Assembly (NCBI GenBank): GCA_025594325.1
Contig: JANHCV010000008.1
Location: forward strand, 1,364,001 to 1,428,000
Length of the DNA: 64,000 nt
Reading direction: 5' to 3'
Source: Blastocladiella emersonii ATCC 22665
Lineage: Eukaryota > Fungi > Blastocladiomycota
Within the stretch, counting starts at the first letter, position 1, and each line of letters opens with the position of its first letter. The translations under genes and the position numbers were made by a program. The notes under the pieces were generated by a model that worked only from the letters and a program-made list of their open reading frames with translations, searched no databases and had not been told where the DNA came from. Positions 34,420 through 48,095 of this stretch are shown in pieces.

Positions 34420-36685
34420 ATGTCCTCGACGCCGTCGCCGACACCGCCGCCGTCCGATGGCCTGATCCACCCGTGGGTGCAGTCCGTGTTCGGCATCGTG
34501 ATCGCGGTCGTTGCCATCACGACAGTCATCTTCGTCTTCCTGCAGCTGCGCATGAACCTGGTCCGTATGCCTTGCAAGCACCACCCACCCGACCGCGCTT
34601 ACCGACCCACGCGGGTGTAGTGGGGCTTCTACGGCTCAGCGCAGATCGCGCGCAAGGAGGGCCGCGTCGGCGCGGTCCAGACCTTCAACCAGGGCGAGGC
34701 GCGCGGGCGCATCGCGCTGTGCATCGTGTTCGGCGTCCTGTATACGGCCTTCATCCTCTTCGTCCTCGCCTCGTTCCTCCAGGTCATGCTGACGCGGTCG
34801 TCGACGCCCGCGTGGCTGCGCATCCCGTGGCAGCCCATCTCGCCCGCCGCCATGAACGTCAGCTTCGTTTGCATCTACCTCAGCTACGCGTCCACCGCCA
34901 TCGTCTCGGCCGTCGCTACCTTCATCTCGTTCTGCCGCGATCGCGTCCGCATGCGCTCGCTCGCCGCGCGTAAGGCCGAGGCGGATGCGGCTCGCGGGGA
35001 TGGCTCGCTCGAGGCCGGGATCACGCCCGCGGCCGCGGCTGCGTCGCCACCTTCGTACGACTGGGACAAGGACGTGATCATCCTCGTCCCGACGTACCAG
35101 GAGCCGCTGTCGAACCTGCTCTCGACCATCTCGGCCATCACCGAGTCCGACTACCCGCCCGAGAAAATCCACGTACTCGTCAGCTTCGACGACGACTCGG
35201 AGAAGACGCTGACCACCATGTTCACCATCGAGCGCATTCTCAACGGCGGCATCGTGCGCGGCTACAACGACGACGATCCCGCCAGCTCGCGCCTGCCGTC
35301 CGCCGACTATGAAGACGTCGACGCGCCGCCCGCGTACGACGACCTGCCGACCTTCAAGACCCGCGACAAGTACAACGGCCTGCTCAAGCTCGCGCACCTG
35401 ACGCGCTCGTCGCTCGACCTGCGCTCGCGGCGATCCGCGGTCCCGACTGCCTCATCCTCGCCGTCGCGCACCTCACTTGCGTCGTCGACGGGCGACGACG
35501 CGGACCCGAACCCGCGCGCCATCGAGATCAACTTTGCCGGGATCCAGTTCACGGTCGCGCGGTACGAGCACGGCGGCAAGCTGCACACGCAGGCCAAGAT
35601 GTTTGCGCTCGTCGAGGAGCGCGTCGCCGCGGGTGTCTACTCGCCCGACGCCCTGCTGCTGTTCGTCGACTCGGACACGACGCTCGTGCCGTCCACGGTG
35701 CGCAAGTTCGTCGACCACTTTGCCGTCCACCAGCAGCGCGCGTGCGCGACCGGGTTCATCGTGTCGCGCAACGGGCACGCGAATAGCTGGCTCCAGAAGA
35801 TGCAGGATGTACGCTCGCTCTCTCAAGACGCGGTCGGTGTGCGGGACTCGGAACTGACCCCCGCGCGCGCGTGTGTTCACGTAGGCCGAGTACATTTTCA
35901 TGCAGGTCTCGATGCGCTACGTCGAGGCGACGTTCGGCAGCGTGACGTGTCTGCCGGGCGCGCTGACCATGATCAAGTACGCGACCATGCACGAGCTGGC
36001 GAAGATCTACTTCCACCAGCCCGACGTCGACTCGACCTTCGAGTTCTGCCGGCGCAAGCTCGGCGAGGACCGGTTCCTGACGCACCTCGCCATGGAGTAC
36101 CTCGGCCCCTTTTCGATTGGCTTCGTCCCCGACGCGCTCAGCAAGACCGAGGCGCCGAACCACTTCTACGACCTGATGCGACAGCGCCGGAGGTGGCTGC
36201 TCGGCTCGCTCACAAACGAAATGTTTATGATCACGACGCCGAGCTTCCTGACCAAGTACCCGGCGCTCGTCATCCTGCGCCTCGTGACCATGATGCGGAT
36301 CGGCGGAACCAGTTTTCTCCTCATCTGCTTCGACACGATCCTGCGCGCCTTCGAGTCGCCGCACCTCGTGTCGTCGTGGGACGTGCTGCTCGTGATCGGC
36401 GTCCCCATGATGTTCTGGGTCGTGCTCACGGCGTGGGCCGTCTGGCAGCACCGCGTCAAGTCGCTCGTCTTCTTCTTCGCGTACCTCGTCTGCAACCAGG
36501 TGTTCGAGATGGTCTACTACGCGTACGCGCTCTGGACTATGAACCAGCGCACGTGGGGCGGGCCGCGCGCCGTCGGCGAGGGAGCTGGTGAAGACGAGGA
36601 GGAAGCTGCTCTTGCTGGGGAGCCAAGTCTGTTTGCAGCGGGCGAAGTGGATTCGGTTCCACGGACGACGATCGCGGCCGCCTAG
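34420..36685 (+). CDS. Chitin synthase-like GT2, paralogue 2
   Basis: Exons 34420-34560, 34621-35808, 35885-36685; same motifs and intron positions as paralogue 1. Confidence 0.88.
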
Positions 36686-36836
36686 GTTGGAGGTGGTCCC
36701 AGAATGGCCTCAATAGTTTGCAGCTGTACGAATTTATCCCCTGGATCAATAAATGCGTCGACCACGTAGAAAAGGATCACTGAGAGATGCGGGGGACGAG
36801 TTTAGGCAAACAAAAACAAGGCGAAACGCGCAGGGA

Positions 36837-36857
36837 GACGCGCCGCGAAATCACGTT
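36837..36857 (+). promoter_or_regulatory. Degenerate composite element upstream of LRR family copy 1
   Basis: GACGCGCC-gcgaaat-CACGTT, 100 bp before ATG. Confidence 0.55.
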
Positions 36858-36956
36858 GTAATCATGTGACGCGAGACAGTATGAGCTGCGTCCTCTGGAA
36901 GCGAGCGGCTCTTCTCCCGTCCGCTCTCCCGAAGACGAACCACATGCAACGACACC

Positions 36957-38667
36957 ATGAAACTTAATGCGACGATCGTGCTTGAGCTCATATTGATCAA
37001 GGCAGTCTGGCTGCACGACCCAACGGACCGCGAGGGACTCGCGCAGTACGCCCGCGTCCTGCACCGTGCCGACGCTCCGCACCTGTTTCCTGCTATTATC
37101 GAACATGTTGCCTACCACTTTCCTCTCGCTAAAGCGGCCGAAGGCGGCCACTTCTGGGCACTCGAGATGCACAAGGCGAGCGGCCGCCCGATTCTTACGG
37201 ACGAAGTTTTGTTCACCCGCGTCCTCGACTCTGGACGTGTCGACGTGATCGAATGGTGGCGCCGCAGCGGTCTCCCGCGCCCTGAAGCCAAAGGCTATTG
37301 GCCGTCCCTGCTGCGTCTGCTTTTCGATCTTCATCCGGATCCAAGTAATGCGACAGAGACCTGGAGCAGCCTTGTACGTCATTGCGAATCCCGCCGCCCG
37401 TTGAAATCTCACTGACGCTGACTGCATCCCTTGCACCAGGGCGGTACCGACCGTGCTCCAGGTGACGTACTTGTCGAGCGTTTGAGCCACTGCGTCGCTA
37501 CAGGTAACACGACACACTTGCTCATTGAGGACGTTCGGATTACCGAAGATGCAGCACGCACACTGGCCGATGCGTTTGCGAGCCCAGCCCAGCGGGTCGA
37601 CACGATCGAACTCAAATCTTGCTGTCTGTCTTTCGCCCTCCTTGTGCAGATCGCATCCTCGAGCACGGCGAAAATTCTCATGTTGGGGGGCAACTACTTC
37701 ATCTACAGCGCGGTCTCGGATGTCGTTGGCACAAGTCAGTCACTTCCCGATACAGTTGAGCTCGAGATTTGGTTCCCCCTTGGCGACACGGGCTGTCTCC
37801 CGAGATTCTCTATGGCCGCTTACCCTCGTCACTTCGCAGACTCAGCATCTCACAATTCGAACGGGAGATGATACGTTCATTCATCTCGCGCACGGGATGC
37901 CCCAAGGATTGGAAGCGCTCAATATTACTGTGACGGAGGCGGGTCCCGATGCTTGCACGACCCTCATGTCTCGCCTTCCTGCGTCGCTCAAGAAACTCGT
38001 GCTCAAGCTGCCCTTCAATGAGAGCGAAGCCGGAATGTATGCAGTGGCAGGCGCGTTGCCGCCAACTCTTCTCGAGCTTGATTTGGCTGGCGGACTCGGT
38101 GACCATGGCGCGCACCTTCTCGCCAACAACATGCCTCCTGCGCTTTTACGCCTCAATCTGATCGAGCCCCATTTTGGCTATGAGGATGCTTCTGTTGTAT
38201 TGGGTTCTCTTCCGCAGACGCTCGTGTTCCTTGAGCTCAATTGCGCGTTCAGCCTGAACGACGCGTGCATCTCTGCGTTGGTCCGGAACTTTCCGCCTGC
38301 GCTTCGCACGCTTTCGTTTCGGTGTGGCCAATTTAATGTCTCGGGTGCACGAATGATTGCCGACTACTTGCCCTCGACGCGGCTCGAGGTCCTGAAGTTT
38401 GAACAAACGGAGGCGATCGACACTGCCGTTGCCCTTGCGATCCTGGACAACGCACCAGACTCGTAGGTGCATATCGATTTCAACTACTCCGACCTGGACG
38501 ATGCCTTTTTACGCGGCGTCACCCAGCGCGTGCTTGCAGGCCACCGGATCCCGGAAATCTTGGCGACGAGGTGCAAATTCACGCGGTACGGCCTAATCGA
38601 GCACCGGAAACTCGTGCCCGACTCGCCAGTCAAGACGGATATCCAGCCGCCGGCTTCGCAGACATGA
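36957..38667 (+). pseudogene. Ankyrin-like + RNI-type LRR family C, copy 1 (disrupted)
   Basis: AAEGGHFWALEM...DSGRVDVIEWWRRSGL N-domain; intron 37374-37439; LPxxLxxLxL repeats; frameshift near 37790, TAG at 38464. Confidence 0.75.
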
Positions 38668-38779
38668 AAGCGTCAGTAGTGGGACCGAACATAAATGATT
38701 TCGTTGTGCTCAACATTTACGTTTACACAGCGCGGTACTAAGTGCTTAGGGCACAATGTCCTTCGCTTGGGGGATTTGA

Positions 38780-38800
38780 GACGCGTCGCGAAATCACGCC
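38780..38800 (+). promoter_or_regulatory. Composite element upstream of LRR family copy 2
   Basis: GACGCGTC-gcgaaat-CACGCC, 158 bp before ATG. Confidence 0.55.
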
Positions 38801-38957
38801 GTTATCACGCGATCGTTCAGCTGTGGCGTCGCTGGTCGCCGAGTCAGGGGGGCCCCTGGCCGAGTTCGCCTCGCCGCTCGAACGCCACCGCAAGGGCGAC
38901 GCTGTCGATTCCAGCGCACGCTCTCCCTGGCCTTAACGGATTACATGCACCAACACC

Positions 38958-39853
38958 ATGAAACTTGATGCAACGCTTGTACTCGAAGAAATCCTGATTA
39001 GGGCCGTCCGCCTTCTCGACCCAACGGACCGCGGCGGCCTCGCGCAGCACTCCCGCGTCCTGCGACGCAGCGACGCGCCACGCGTGATTCCCGCTCTCTT
39101 CAATCACGTCCTATCCAAAGTCTCCTTGGCCGAGGCCACGGCCGCCAGCCACGTTTTCGTCGTCAAGATTAGGCTGACGACCGGCCGCCGGCTCCCAATC
39201 TCTGTATGCACGCTTTGAGGCGCACTTTTGGCCAAGCGCGTCGACGTGTTTGACTGGTAGCTTTGCGCGGGAATTCCGAAGAATGCCTCCGCGGTCCGCT
39301 CACGTTCGCGGCCGCGCAATCACTCGCCACTCGCATGTCACCCGATCTTACTCATCTTCGCTTGGAGCGGAGCGACCTGTTTGGCGACGAACTCCGTGAG
39401 AGCATGGGCAGTCTTCTGCCGTCGCTCGAGCTGCTTGAGCTTCGTGAAGCGTTTGAGCTAAGCAACCAGTGCATTGAAGCGTTTGCCGCGAACGTTCCAC
39501 GATCCCTTCTCGAAGTTTGCCTTCAGCGTGGCGAAATGACTCGGGCTGGCGCGATCCAGCTTGCCACGTGCTTCACAGCGACTCGGCTCGAGACGCTGTC
39601 GCTCGATAACATCGATGCGATTGACGCGGTCGTAGCACTTGCAATTCTGGACAACGCGCCCAGCTCGATTGAGCTGCTTCGCTTCATCCAAATCTTCCTC
39701 CGGGGCGTCAGCCAGCGAGTTGCCGACGGGCGCCAACTTCTCACTATTTCTCGCTATGATGGTCAGTTCATGTCGGGAGGGATCCGGGAGTACAAAACTC
39801 CAGTGTCCGACCCACCCATCGACAAGCATTTTCTGCTGCCTTCGTTCTTTTAG
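38958..39853 (+). pseudogene. LRR family C, copy 2 (internally deleted, frameshifted)
   Basis: MKLDATLVLEEILIRAVRL start identical in type to the paralogues; jumps to the late LRRs near 39270. Confidence 0.72.
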
Positions 39854-42800
39854 AACTTGGGCGAGGAGTGAGCGCTGGCAAGGCGCGCCAAGACACGTCT
39901 TGCTTACCGCACCTCCTGTTTGGTGCGTTGCTCGCACGATCTGTGTTCAAGCATCGTGCTAGTGGTTCCATTCAATGCACTTCGATCCTTCTCATTACCT
40001 TGTCGTCCGATACAGCGGCCTCCTCGATGTACGGTCATCACATGAGCTGTGTGCAGCGCGCTACCACCCGCAACGTCCGTGAGCTTGATCGCCTCAACAA
40101 ACCGGGCGTGTGGCGGCACGCGATGCGCCACACACGTGTCGAGCGACCGAGGTTGAACCCCTCCCTCGCCTCGTGCACCTTGAGCGGCTCCCGCGGCCCG
40201 CCCCCTCTCCTGCTCCGCATCACCGATTCGCATGTAACTTGAACCCAACTTCCTGCAACCTATTCCCGGCCTGGCTTTACTTGAATCTGCGCTGGTTCGG
40301 TGTGCTTTGGCGTTTGTCGCGTGAGTCGTCGTGCGCGCGCCGTGCCGCCGAGTTGGGCGCTTGCGTGCCACGCCAGCATGTCGTGCCGACTCGTTGTTTG
40401 ACGTCTGCCGCCGTTGGTTCCGCTTGGTGCGCACATGATTGCAGAACAAACCGGTGAACGACATGGTCTAATCTCTGTCAGCCCTTGCAGGCAACAGATG
40501 ATCGCCTTCCGATAAAAAGAAGGGGACCATTTCGCCGAGATTCTTGAACCCCGCAGCGGTCGTTGCCATCAATGATGAACTTTGCAGGCAGAGGTGATGG
40601 TGTGGCCCGATATGAAGGTAATCCGTCATCGCGGACCACACCATTCTTGCCTCAAGCCGCCAAAAGCCCCGTCACTGATTCTTTGCCGTGTCTCTGCTCA
40701 CAACATCGCCTGCGCCTGGATAAATACGCCCGACGCCACTAAGCCATCACTTTAGCGCACCCCTGCATTCAGCTGTGCGACAAGGGAGAAGTACGTGATG
40801 TCGCGTGCCCTGTTGAATGCTTGAGTTCACCCAACCATCCCTTGTAGGTGGTCGTTCACGCCTGTTGTTATGGCAATCACTGCAGCTCGCGCAACAGGCT
40901 CATTCTCGCGCACTCGCGGACACTCGACCGGTTCAACAAGCTTTCCGCGTGATGCCCGAAACCCACTCGCTCAAACTGAACCCAAGCGCCCTGTTTCTGG
41001 TGCACGTCCATTGAACACCGTTCGCGCGGGCGCCGTGAAAAGGCCGCGCCACCCGCGGGTGCGGTGCCCTCAAGCGAACCCTGGTGTGATTGTGGCGTGC
41101 GGCAGGAGCTGGTTGTGTGGGATCAATACTGCATTAGTATTTGAGTGTATTCCACGAAGGCGCACGCGCGCTGGTACCGTCGCGTCGGTGAGGCTGTGGG
41201 CTAGGAATCAAATCAGTGCGCGGGCCGTACGCGATGTGTGACGGAGATCCCGATCCGCAAGCGCCCTCGGGTTGCGATCTCGTTCGAGAACATAAGCCCG
41301 CGGTTGTGAAGAGAGATGTGCTGCCGCGTCGCCGGATGGAAGCTCCTGGGAAGCCATGCGAGCGTACCATGTGCGTCACGAAGCGTGCCCCACGCTTACA
41401 AGTGTTGCGGTGAACGGCACTTCGAGTGCTCGAGGCAAGGTTTGGAAAATCGGCTCGTTTCGTAGCTCGACTGACCCAAGCACGAGCCGCTTGTGACTCG
41501 GCCGACCAGCCTGTGGCTCGCTCGTGACTCGGCGGTGGGGCCTCAAGCGCAAGGGGAGCACCAAGCGGCCCGACGAGCACGCCACGTGCGTGGGTGAAGT
41601 CACGGTGATGTCAGCGTGAGAGAGTGCAAGGCTCGAGCCGCTCGTGGCTCGGACTCTGGTAGTGACTCTCGCTTGTGGCTCGTGGCGCACGACAATACCC
41701 CGCTCGATTCGAGCACGAGCACGAGCAAGCGACGAGCGGCTCGGCCAGTCCAGCCAAAATGCGCAACACTGACTCGCAGTACTTCTCAAACAAGTGGACT
41801 AGCGACCGGATCCCTCGGATAATAGGAGGGAACATGCATGGTGGCGAGGTAAAGAGAGAGGCTCAGACGCGGAAGCAACTCTGAGGCGAGTTGCGCGACT
41901 CGTGGTCAGGAAGCAGATCAGTAGTGATTACGAGCGAGGGAAGCCGAAAAAATGGCGTTCTGTCTCATGGAAATACATGGGACCCGCAGAAAGTAAGCGC
42001 ACGGGCTCACGAGATCGCCCGGGCCGTGGTGGGGACGTCCGAGTAACACGATCGGGTCGTCCGCACGACCCCGACACCACGGATCCATGTCCATGGCAAT
42101 AAATAGCAGTTTGCATAGAGTTGCTTTCATGGGTCTGCATGGCACGGAGGTGTAGGGGAGCTGAAGCGATCGCGTGCTCGCGGATGTCTCGCAAATCTCG
42201 GCTCGTTCGGGCATCGCGTGACCGGCGTGACCGGCCGAAACGCGACGCGTCGGTTAAAATCGCGCGTTCCGACCCGCTCCGCCGACTTCGCCATCGCGAT
42301 CTCGCCGACCGCGTTGGCCTCCTGGCGCGTTGCTATCCATCTCCCACTACCCAGTTCGTGCAGCGGCATGTGGAACAAGAAGGACCGGTCAACCGGTTTA
42401 CCCGACTCCGGCCTCCCCTGAGAAGCAGCCCTTGAGCGTGAATGAGCAGCCCGAGCGGTCGCCCACCTGGAGACGCGACGGCTGCGCCGCGTCGCGGGAG
42501 CGGGGTTCCCTTGGTCGTGAGAGCGCGAGTTTGGGTTGACCCAGTGGCTCGCTCTCTCGGCAGCATCGAGCGCCATGGATCTCGCCCCATGACATGTTGG
42601 AACGTGAAGCTTGACTTGTGTGGATGTGTGTGTCGGAGTGGGCGCAAGCGGCCCGGAGCGCGAACAAGGCCTGTCGCGCAACATCGTGCGACGCGCCTCC
42701 TGCAGGTTGAGTCGTTGAAGCCTCTTCTGGTCGTGATCATGGCGTCGCTTGCAGGCTCACCCGAGTGTCCCGTCCGACAGCATGTGCGCCGTGGTGGTCT

Positions 42801-43283
42801 TGATCGTGGTGGTCATGATCATAGTCGTCCTGATTGTGGTGGTGCTGATCGTCGTCTGTCGCCAAAAGGCCCGCGCTCGCGCCCGTCTTCACCGCGGACG
42901 CGTCGAGGATCGGAGTGGCCGCGCCACCCGGGTCACGAGACCTGATTAATGACGGTGTAACGATGTGATCAGCTTGGGAGACTCGCGTGAGTGGCGCCAA
43001 ATCTGCCTTCGCACACTTGTCGCCCGACAGAATCACGCACTCGGCAGTCCCGCGGGTCCACAAGTACTCGGCGCTCCCGCATCCCCTCTCTCATGCACCT
43101 CCAACTTCGACCCGGTCGCAAGATATCCCCCCTGATTGCGCCGTTCGCCCTCGAGCCCGCCGAATCACCCCCTGTCCCGCCGACAGCTGTTCCCCCTCAC
43201 CGTTGCCACCAGTCGCAACCGCACCCGCCCTGATCGAGCACCTCCCGCCACACGACCGACTTCCGGTCCACTCGCGCCTCACC

Positions 43284-46200
43284 ATGGGCTTCTTCGGCAA
43301 CCTCGCCGCCAAGGCGATATCCGCCGGGGCCGCCATGGTCACCTCGGCCGTCATCGGCGCGTTCGCCTTCAGCCTGCCCGAGTTCGACGCCACGACTATG
43401 TATACCTTCGCGCAGCAGCAGCAGTACGTGATCGAGAAGCCGATATTGCGCGCACGTAGTCGGGTGGCACAGCACGCTCCCACGCGTCGCGTCGCGCGCC
43501 GCCGTGATCGCGATATTCCCCCACGATCCTCGTCGAGTCCTCACTGATAAAGCTCCGCACTCGCTGCAACATGTATCTAGGACTGCTCCCGTCACCGTCA
43601 CCCCAGTCTCCGTTACCCCCGTCACTGTCCACGTTTCCGACGCCGGCTCGGCCCCGACCGGCAAGGTCGCCCAGCAGGCCACCGCTACCGGCACCATGTA
43701 CGATCCGCCGCTGCTCACGCCTTGCCGACGTGGTCGTAACCATGCGCGTGCGACATGTAGTTCGGCTACCCCCGTCAAGTCCAGCACCGTCACCACTGTC
43801 AACTGCTCGTCGCCCGCGGCCGCTGAGCCCAAGCGCACGATCCCCGTCACCGACAACAAGATCCCCGTCACCGACTCGGCCGTTCTCGCTCGCACCCCGA
43901 CTGGCTCGGCCGAGTGCTTCGTTTCCGCCGACCTGACGCGCGTCACCCGCGTCGCCTCCGTCCCGTCCGACCCGACCAACAACACCGTTTCCGCGTCCGT
44001 CACCGACGGCCTCGAGGCTGCCCTTTGCCCCAAGTCCGACTGCGCCGCCGCTACGCGCGCCCTCGGCCATGGCCTGAACGAGCTCAAGACCTCGAGGTAC
44101 GTGTCAGAACGGCTACGGGGTGATCTCGGATGCTGACTCGACTCACGTTCGTGTAGCCCCAATACCCCGGCTCGCGGCCCTGATACCGCCATCGACAACC
44201 ACGCCGGTCCTACGACATCGTGGTACGCGTCGTGCGTGTGCGTGGCGGGATCGCTCGCTGACTCGACTTGCGCCCGTGTAGCCCCGATACCCGCGGCCCT
44301 GCTACCGCCGACAAGAACCAGCTCGCTCTCGCGACCTCGTGGTACGCGTCTCCACGGCGGCCCCCGCGCGTGGCCGCTCGCTGACGTAGCTCGGGTCCGT
44401 GTAGCCCTGATGCTACCGTCAACAACCACGCTGGTCCTTTGACCTCGCGGTACGGACCACGATGTGGGCGACATGGGTCGCTGGCTAACGCAGTTCGACT
44501 CTGCGTAGTCCCGGCGCTCCGGCTCGCATCGTCGCGACCACCGTCACCGCTCAGCCTGAGCTCCCGACTTCGTCCGAGCTCAAGAATTCGAGGTACGCGT
44601 AGCCCTGCACGCATCGCTGGGTCGCTCGCTGACGCGACTCGAGTCCGTGTAGCCTCGATACCCCTGCACTCGTTCTCACCGACACCACCAAGAACCTCAA
44701 CGATAACTCGGCTTCCCCGGCTCCCGTTGAGCCCGCCGCGCCCAACACGGAGCGCCAAGTCAGCTCGCCTTCGGGCCTCGACTCTAAGGACGCCAACTCC
44801 CACGGGTACGCGATCATCGCTCGGCTCGAAACCATGTCCACTCACACGCCATTCTCTCAACGACTAGCGACAAGGCCAAGAAGACCAACGCGTTCCTCAA
44901 CACGATCCGCTCCAAGCTGCTGCCCGCCGGCCCTCCTCGCGAGGCCTCGCCGGCCGCCGTGCCCCTGACTACCTGCTCGACCTCGGTCGCTCACCATGCA
45001 CCCGCTGCTAACGCCGCGCCGCACGCGGTCGCGAGCAACTCGAACATCGCCGAACCTACCACCACGTATGCTCCATCGCGAATTCGCTCGCGCAAGTGTA
45101 TCTGCGTGCTTACTCCCTCTCCCCGTCGTGTAGCAACAACAACCCCGTCTCGCTCCCCGCCACTGTCGCGGACTCGAACACGTCTGAACCAGCCCGTCTT
45201 CGCGTCGACGCTGACGGCCGTATCCAGCTTCCCGCCAACTACAACCCGCTGATCCACGGGTACGCGTCATCGGTGTCCACTCGCCCGCTCGCACGGCCCA
45301 CTAACCTCGCGTCGTGTAGCCACTACTGCGACCAGGACGCCGTGAGCTTCATCGGCTCGCTCAACGGTCCGCCCGGCCGCCGCTACGGCAACTGGCTCGA
45401 GGACATCAAGTCCGACGCCGACTCGATCCTGCCGACGCCCGCGTACGAGCGCGACGCGAAACGCCGCGCCGATGCGTACGCCACCCGCCGCAAGCTGACC
45501 GCGGTCGAGGACGCGCTCGCGCGCCGCGCCGACACCATGAACAAGAAGTTCTTCGGCGGCGAGCCGCGCGCGGAGCGCGGCCACAACTCGTTCAACCCGA
45601 AGCGGGTCCCGACCATGGAGCAGACGTCCGACAACTGGCAGCGCGGCAACCGCAGCAAGGGCTTTATCACGGTGCGCGAGCGCCTCGTCCTGGGATCCTT
45701 TGAGGGCGACCTGCAGGCGTGCCCGGGCACCTCGGGCCGGCGCGGGTACACGATCCAGCAGCAGTTTGACAAGGGCAAGATCGGCCAGCTGCGCGTCGAG
45801 CGCGACGGCGACCCGGACTGGTACGCCGATGTCCTCGAGGCCGTCGAAGCGATCACCAACAAGTACGCGCCCATGGTCGGCGGCGAGGAGATGATCACGC
45901 ACGGCTCTCTCATGGACTTTCTCGGCGTGGTCCTGCGCACGTCGTCGGGCGGCCCGCTCATCTCGGTCACGGCGCTCGCGGCCATCGTCAAGCTCGTTAA
46001 CAAGTACCCCGTGGTGCGCGACTACTTTGCGCACGCGCCCGGGTCCGTGTCCACGTCCAAGGGCTCGTCCGAGGAGCGCGCCGCGTGCCGTGCCATGATC
46101 AAGTCGGACATGGCCGACCTCGACGCCAAGCTCGGCAAGCTCTTCAGCAAGACCAAGCATTTCGCGACGGCGCAGGTCGCCGAAGACGCGCTCGTCTACC

Positions 46201-46430
46201 TCCAGTACCTCGCGCGCATCACCAAGCAGCTCAAAGTCCACGCGGTCCAGAGCAAGCTCGAGGCCGTGACGGGCGCCATGGCGGCGACCGCGATCCTGCA
46301 CATGGCGCGCATCGACCCGCACAACAAGGCAAGTCTCAAGGAGCACGGCCTGTCCGCGGGGTTCGGCCGCGAGGCCGTGGCCGCGGTGCAGTACCTGCTC
46401 GAGTACACGAAGCGCACCGTGAAGCAGTAG
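43284..46430 (+). CDS. Unknown ~811-aa protein: hydrophobic N-terminus, Ser/Thr/Pro-rich repeat stalk, globular C-terminal domain; 11 exons
   Basis: Introns 43424-43580, 43698-43760, 44097-44156, 44223-44281, 44342-44404, 44450-44508, 44593-44652, 44806-44867, 45066-45133, 45260-45319; spliced length 2436 nt, in frame. Confidence 0.75.
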
Positions 46431-46529
46431 AAGTAGTTTGATTTGAAGAGTACCGTACAAATAATAGATCTCAATTTTTCTAACCCGACCGTGAAGGCTG
46501 CTAACATCTCTTGAATTGAGGCACGCATT

Positions 46530-47985
46530 CTACTCGCCGCGCGCCCATCCGAAGTTCACCGAGGCCCGAAACCCCTCGCGCCACACGTCTCGGACCGCCT
46601 CGAGCGCCCAGTCCGCTCGACCGAGCGGCAACGCGATAAGCGCGGCGAGTAGCTCGACACACTCCTCGGCCTGGTCCCGGTCCGTGGCGCGGTGCAGCCA
46701 GCGTGCTCGCTCGTCCAGCCTGCACCGCAAGCGCTGCATAGAGTAGATCAGGTCGTTCGGGGAACACTGCGCGCGCCAGACGTCGCGCGGGACGGAAATT
46801 GATCCGACGTGAAGCCCAGCGGCAAAGATGGTCCCGTGGGACCGAGCGCGGCGCAGCTTGCGGCAATCTTCGGCCGCGTGCGAGACGGATCCCGGTCGCT
46901 CGCGCACGATCGACGCGCAGAACGCGCACGGGACTCCAGTTGCGGCACTGCCACTGCGACGCGGGATCGCGGCAACGTTCGCCGTTGGTCGGGTTTGGGT
47001 TTAGTTCAAGGCAGTGGGGGAAGCCAGACAGGCGGCAACGTCCGCAAACTTCTTGGACGGCTCGGAGATGAGAGTGAGGACCGAGTCGGGCGTCCTGCCG
47101 CCAAACGCCTCGTGGACCTTGTTTGAGAGCACCTGCTTGACCTGGCGCTCGCTCGTGATCACGGGGTTCTCGATACCGATCGCCTCGAAGAGAACTGCGC
47201 GGAAATCTGCAATGAACTCGGTCACGGTGCCGCCGGGTCTCGCGCGCAGCCCTTTGGAACGCTGGACCCGGTCGAGGTTTCAGTTTGGGTCCGCCGCGTT
47301 CAAAAACACTTGCCGCGCCTGGGCATCGGACGCCGTCTCGCGCTCAGGAACAAGGCGTACAGGTTGAACATGGGTTTCGGGCCAGGTACACGGCTTGGGT
47401 CAGGGGGATGGAGCGTGCGACTCGGCGCAGCTGCTCGAGAAAGTCGGTGGCGCTTTTCGCGACCCGCATGCGCGTCGGTCCGGTAATCCCGAGCAGGGGT
47501 GCCTGCTCGCGAATCTCGTGGAAGAAGGCCGACGCGTACGAAATCCGGTTTCTGACAGAGGGCAGCTTGAAGTCTCGCCGCGGAGCGTGCATGAGGACGT
47601 ACGGGGAAATCTTTTCGGGGTGTACAAGCTGACAGAGCGGCATTGAGCGCACAAGTGTGAGGCGCTGCTGGATTACCAACGACAAGGCCTCAAGCTCGTG
47701 GAGGAGTGAGGTAAGCTCTGCTACCCGCCGCCGCACCAACTTGGCGGTCTGGTCGGGCGAGCCTTGCGTCACGCAAGGTTCGAGCGTCAAGCGAATCAAG
47801 TAAACCCGGGTATTCATAAGCTGAAGCGTGACGGCTTCCAACAGCTGCGACAGGTCCGTTTCGCTGGTCGGAAGCTCGCCAAGCTTTGCGAATCTGGCGA
47901 GCGCAGGCGTCAGCCCACCTCCCACGCGGGACAGGAGAGTAAATAGCTTTGCAGGTTCGTTGCATGGAGTGTATATAGATTTCAT
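46530..47985 (-). pseudogene. Family A copy 7 (frameshifted)
   Basis: MKSIYTPCNEPAKLF start; small deletions/frameshifts near 47370 and 47280; CAFC-x12-H-x4-C retained. Confidence 0.78.
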
Positions 47986-48074
47986 GGTGCGGAGAGTGGT
48001 GTTTAGGTTCGTTGGGTAGGAAAGCGCGTCCCGTCGTGGCGCCACAGCCGCGGCGCGATGCGTCACACCGAGCT

Positions 48075-48095
48075 CACATGATATTGAAACGCGTC
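48075..48095 (-). promoter_or_regulatory. Composite element upstream of family A copy 7
   Basis: CACATG-atattga-AACGCGTC, 90 bp from ATG. Confidence 0.6.

Noticed and set aside
5831-38466. Recurrent in-frame TAG codons in otherwise colinear frames (5831, 8287, 20266, 33268, 38464), suggesting stop-codon reassignment or A-to-I editing
   Set aside because: Aligned residues differ (K/R, E, probably Q and L; none W); TAG is the normal terminator of intact genes here (1535, 19567, 36685, 50560); most affected copies also carry frameshifts or truncations. Ordinary pseudogenisation explains them.
41600-41900. NTDSQYF peptide resembling an RNase H motif
   Set aside because: Isolated 7-residue similarity with no other RNase H or RT motifs nearby
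44097-44870. Regularly spaced similar units that could be mistaken for a CRISPR or satellite array
   Set aside because: The units are spliceosomal introns plus micro-exons; the repeats are not identical and the context is eukaryotic
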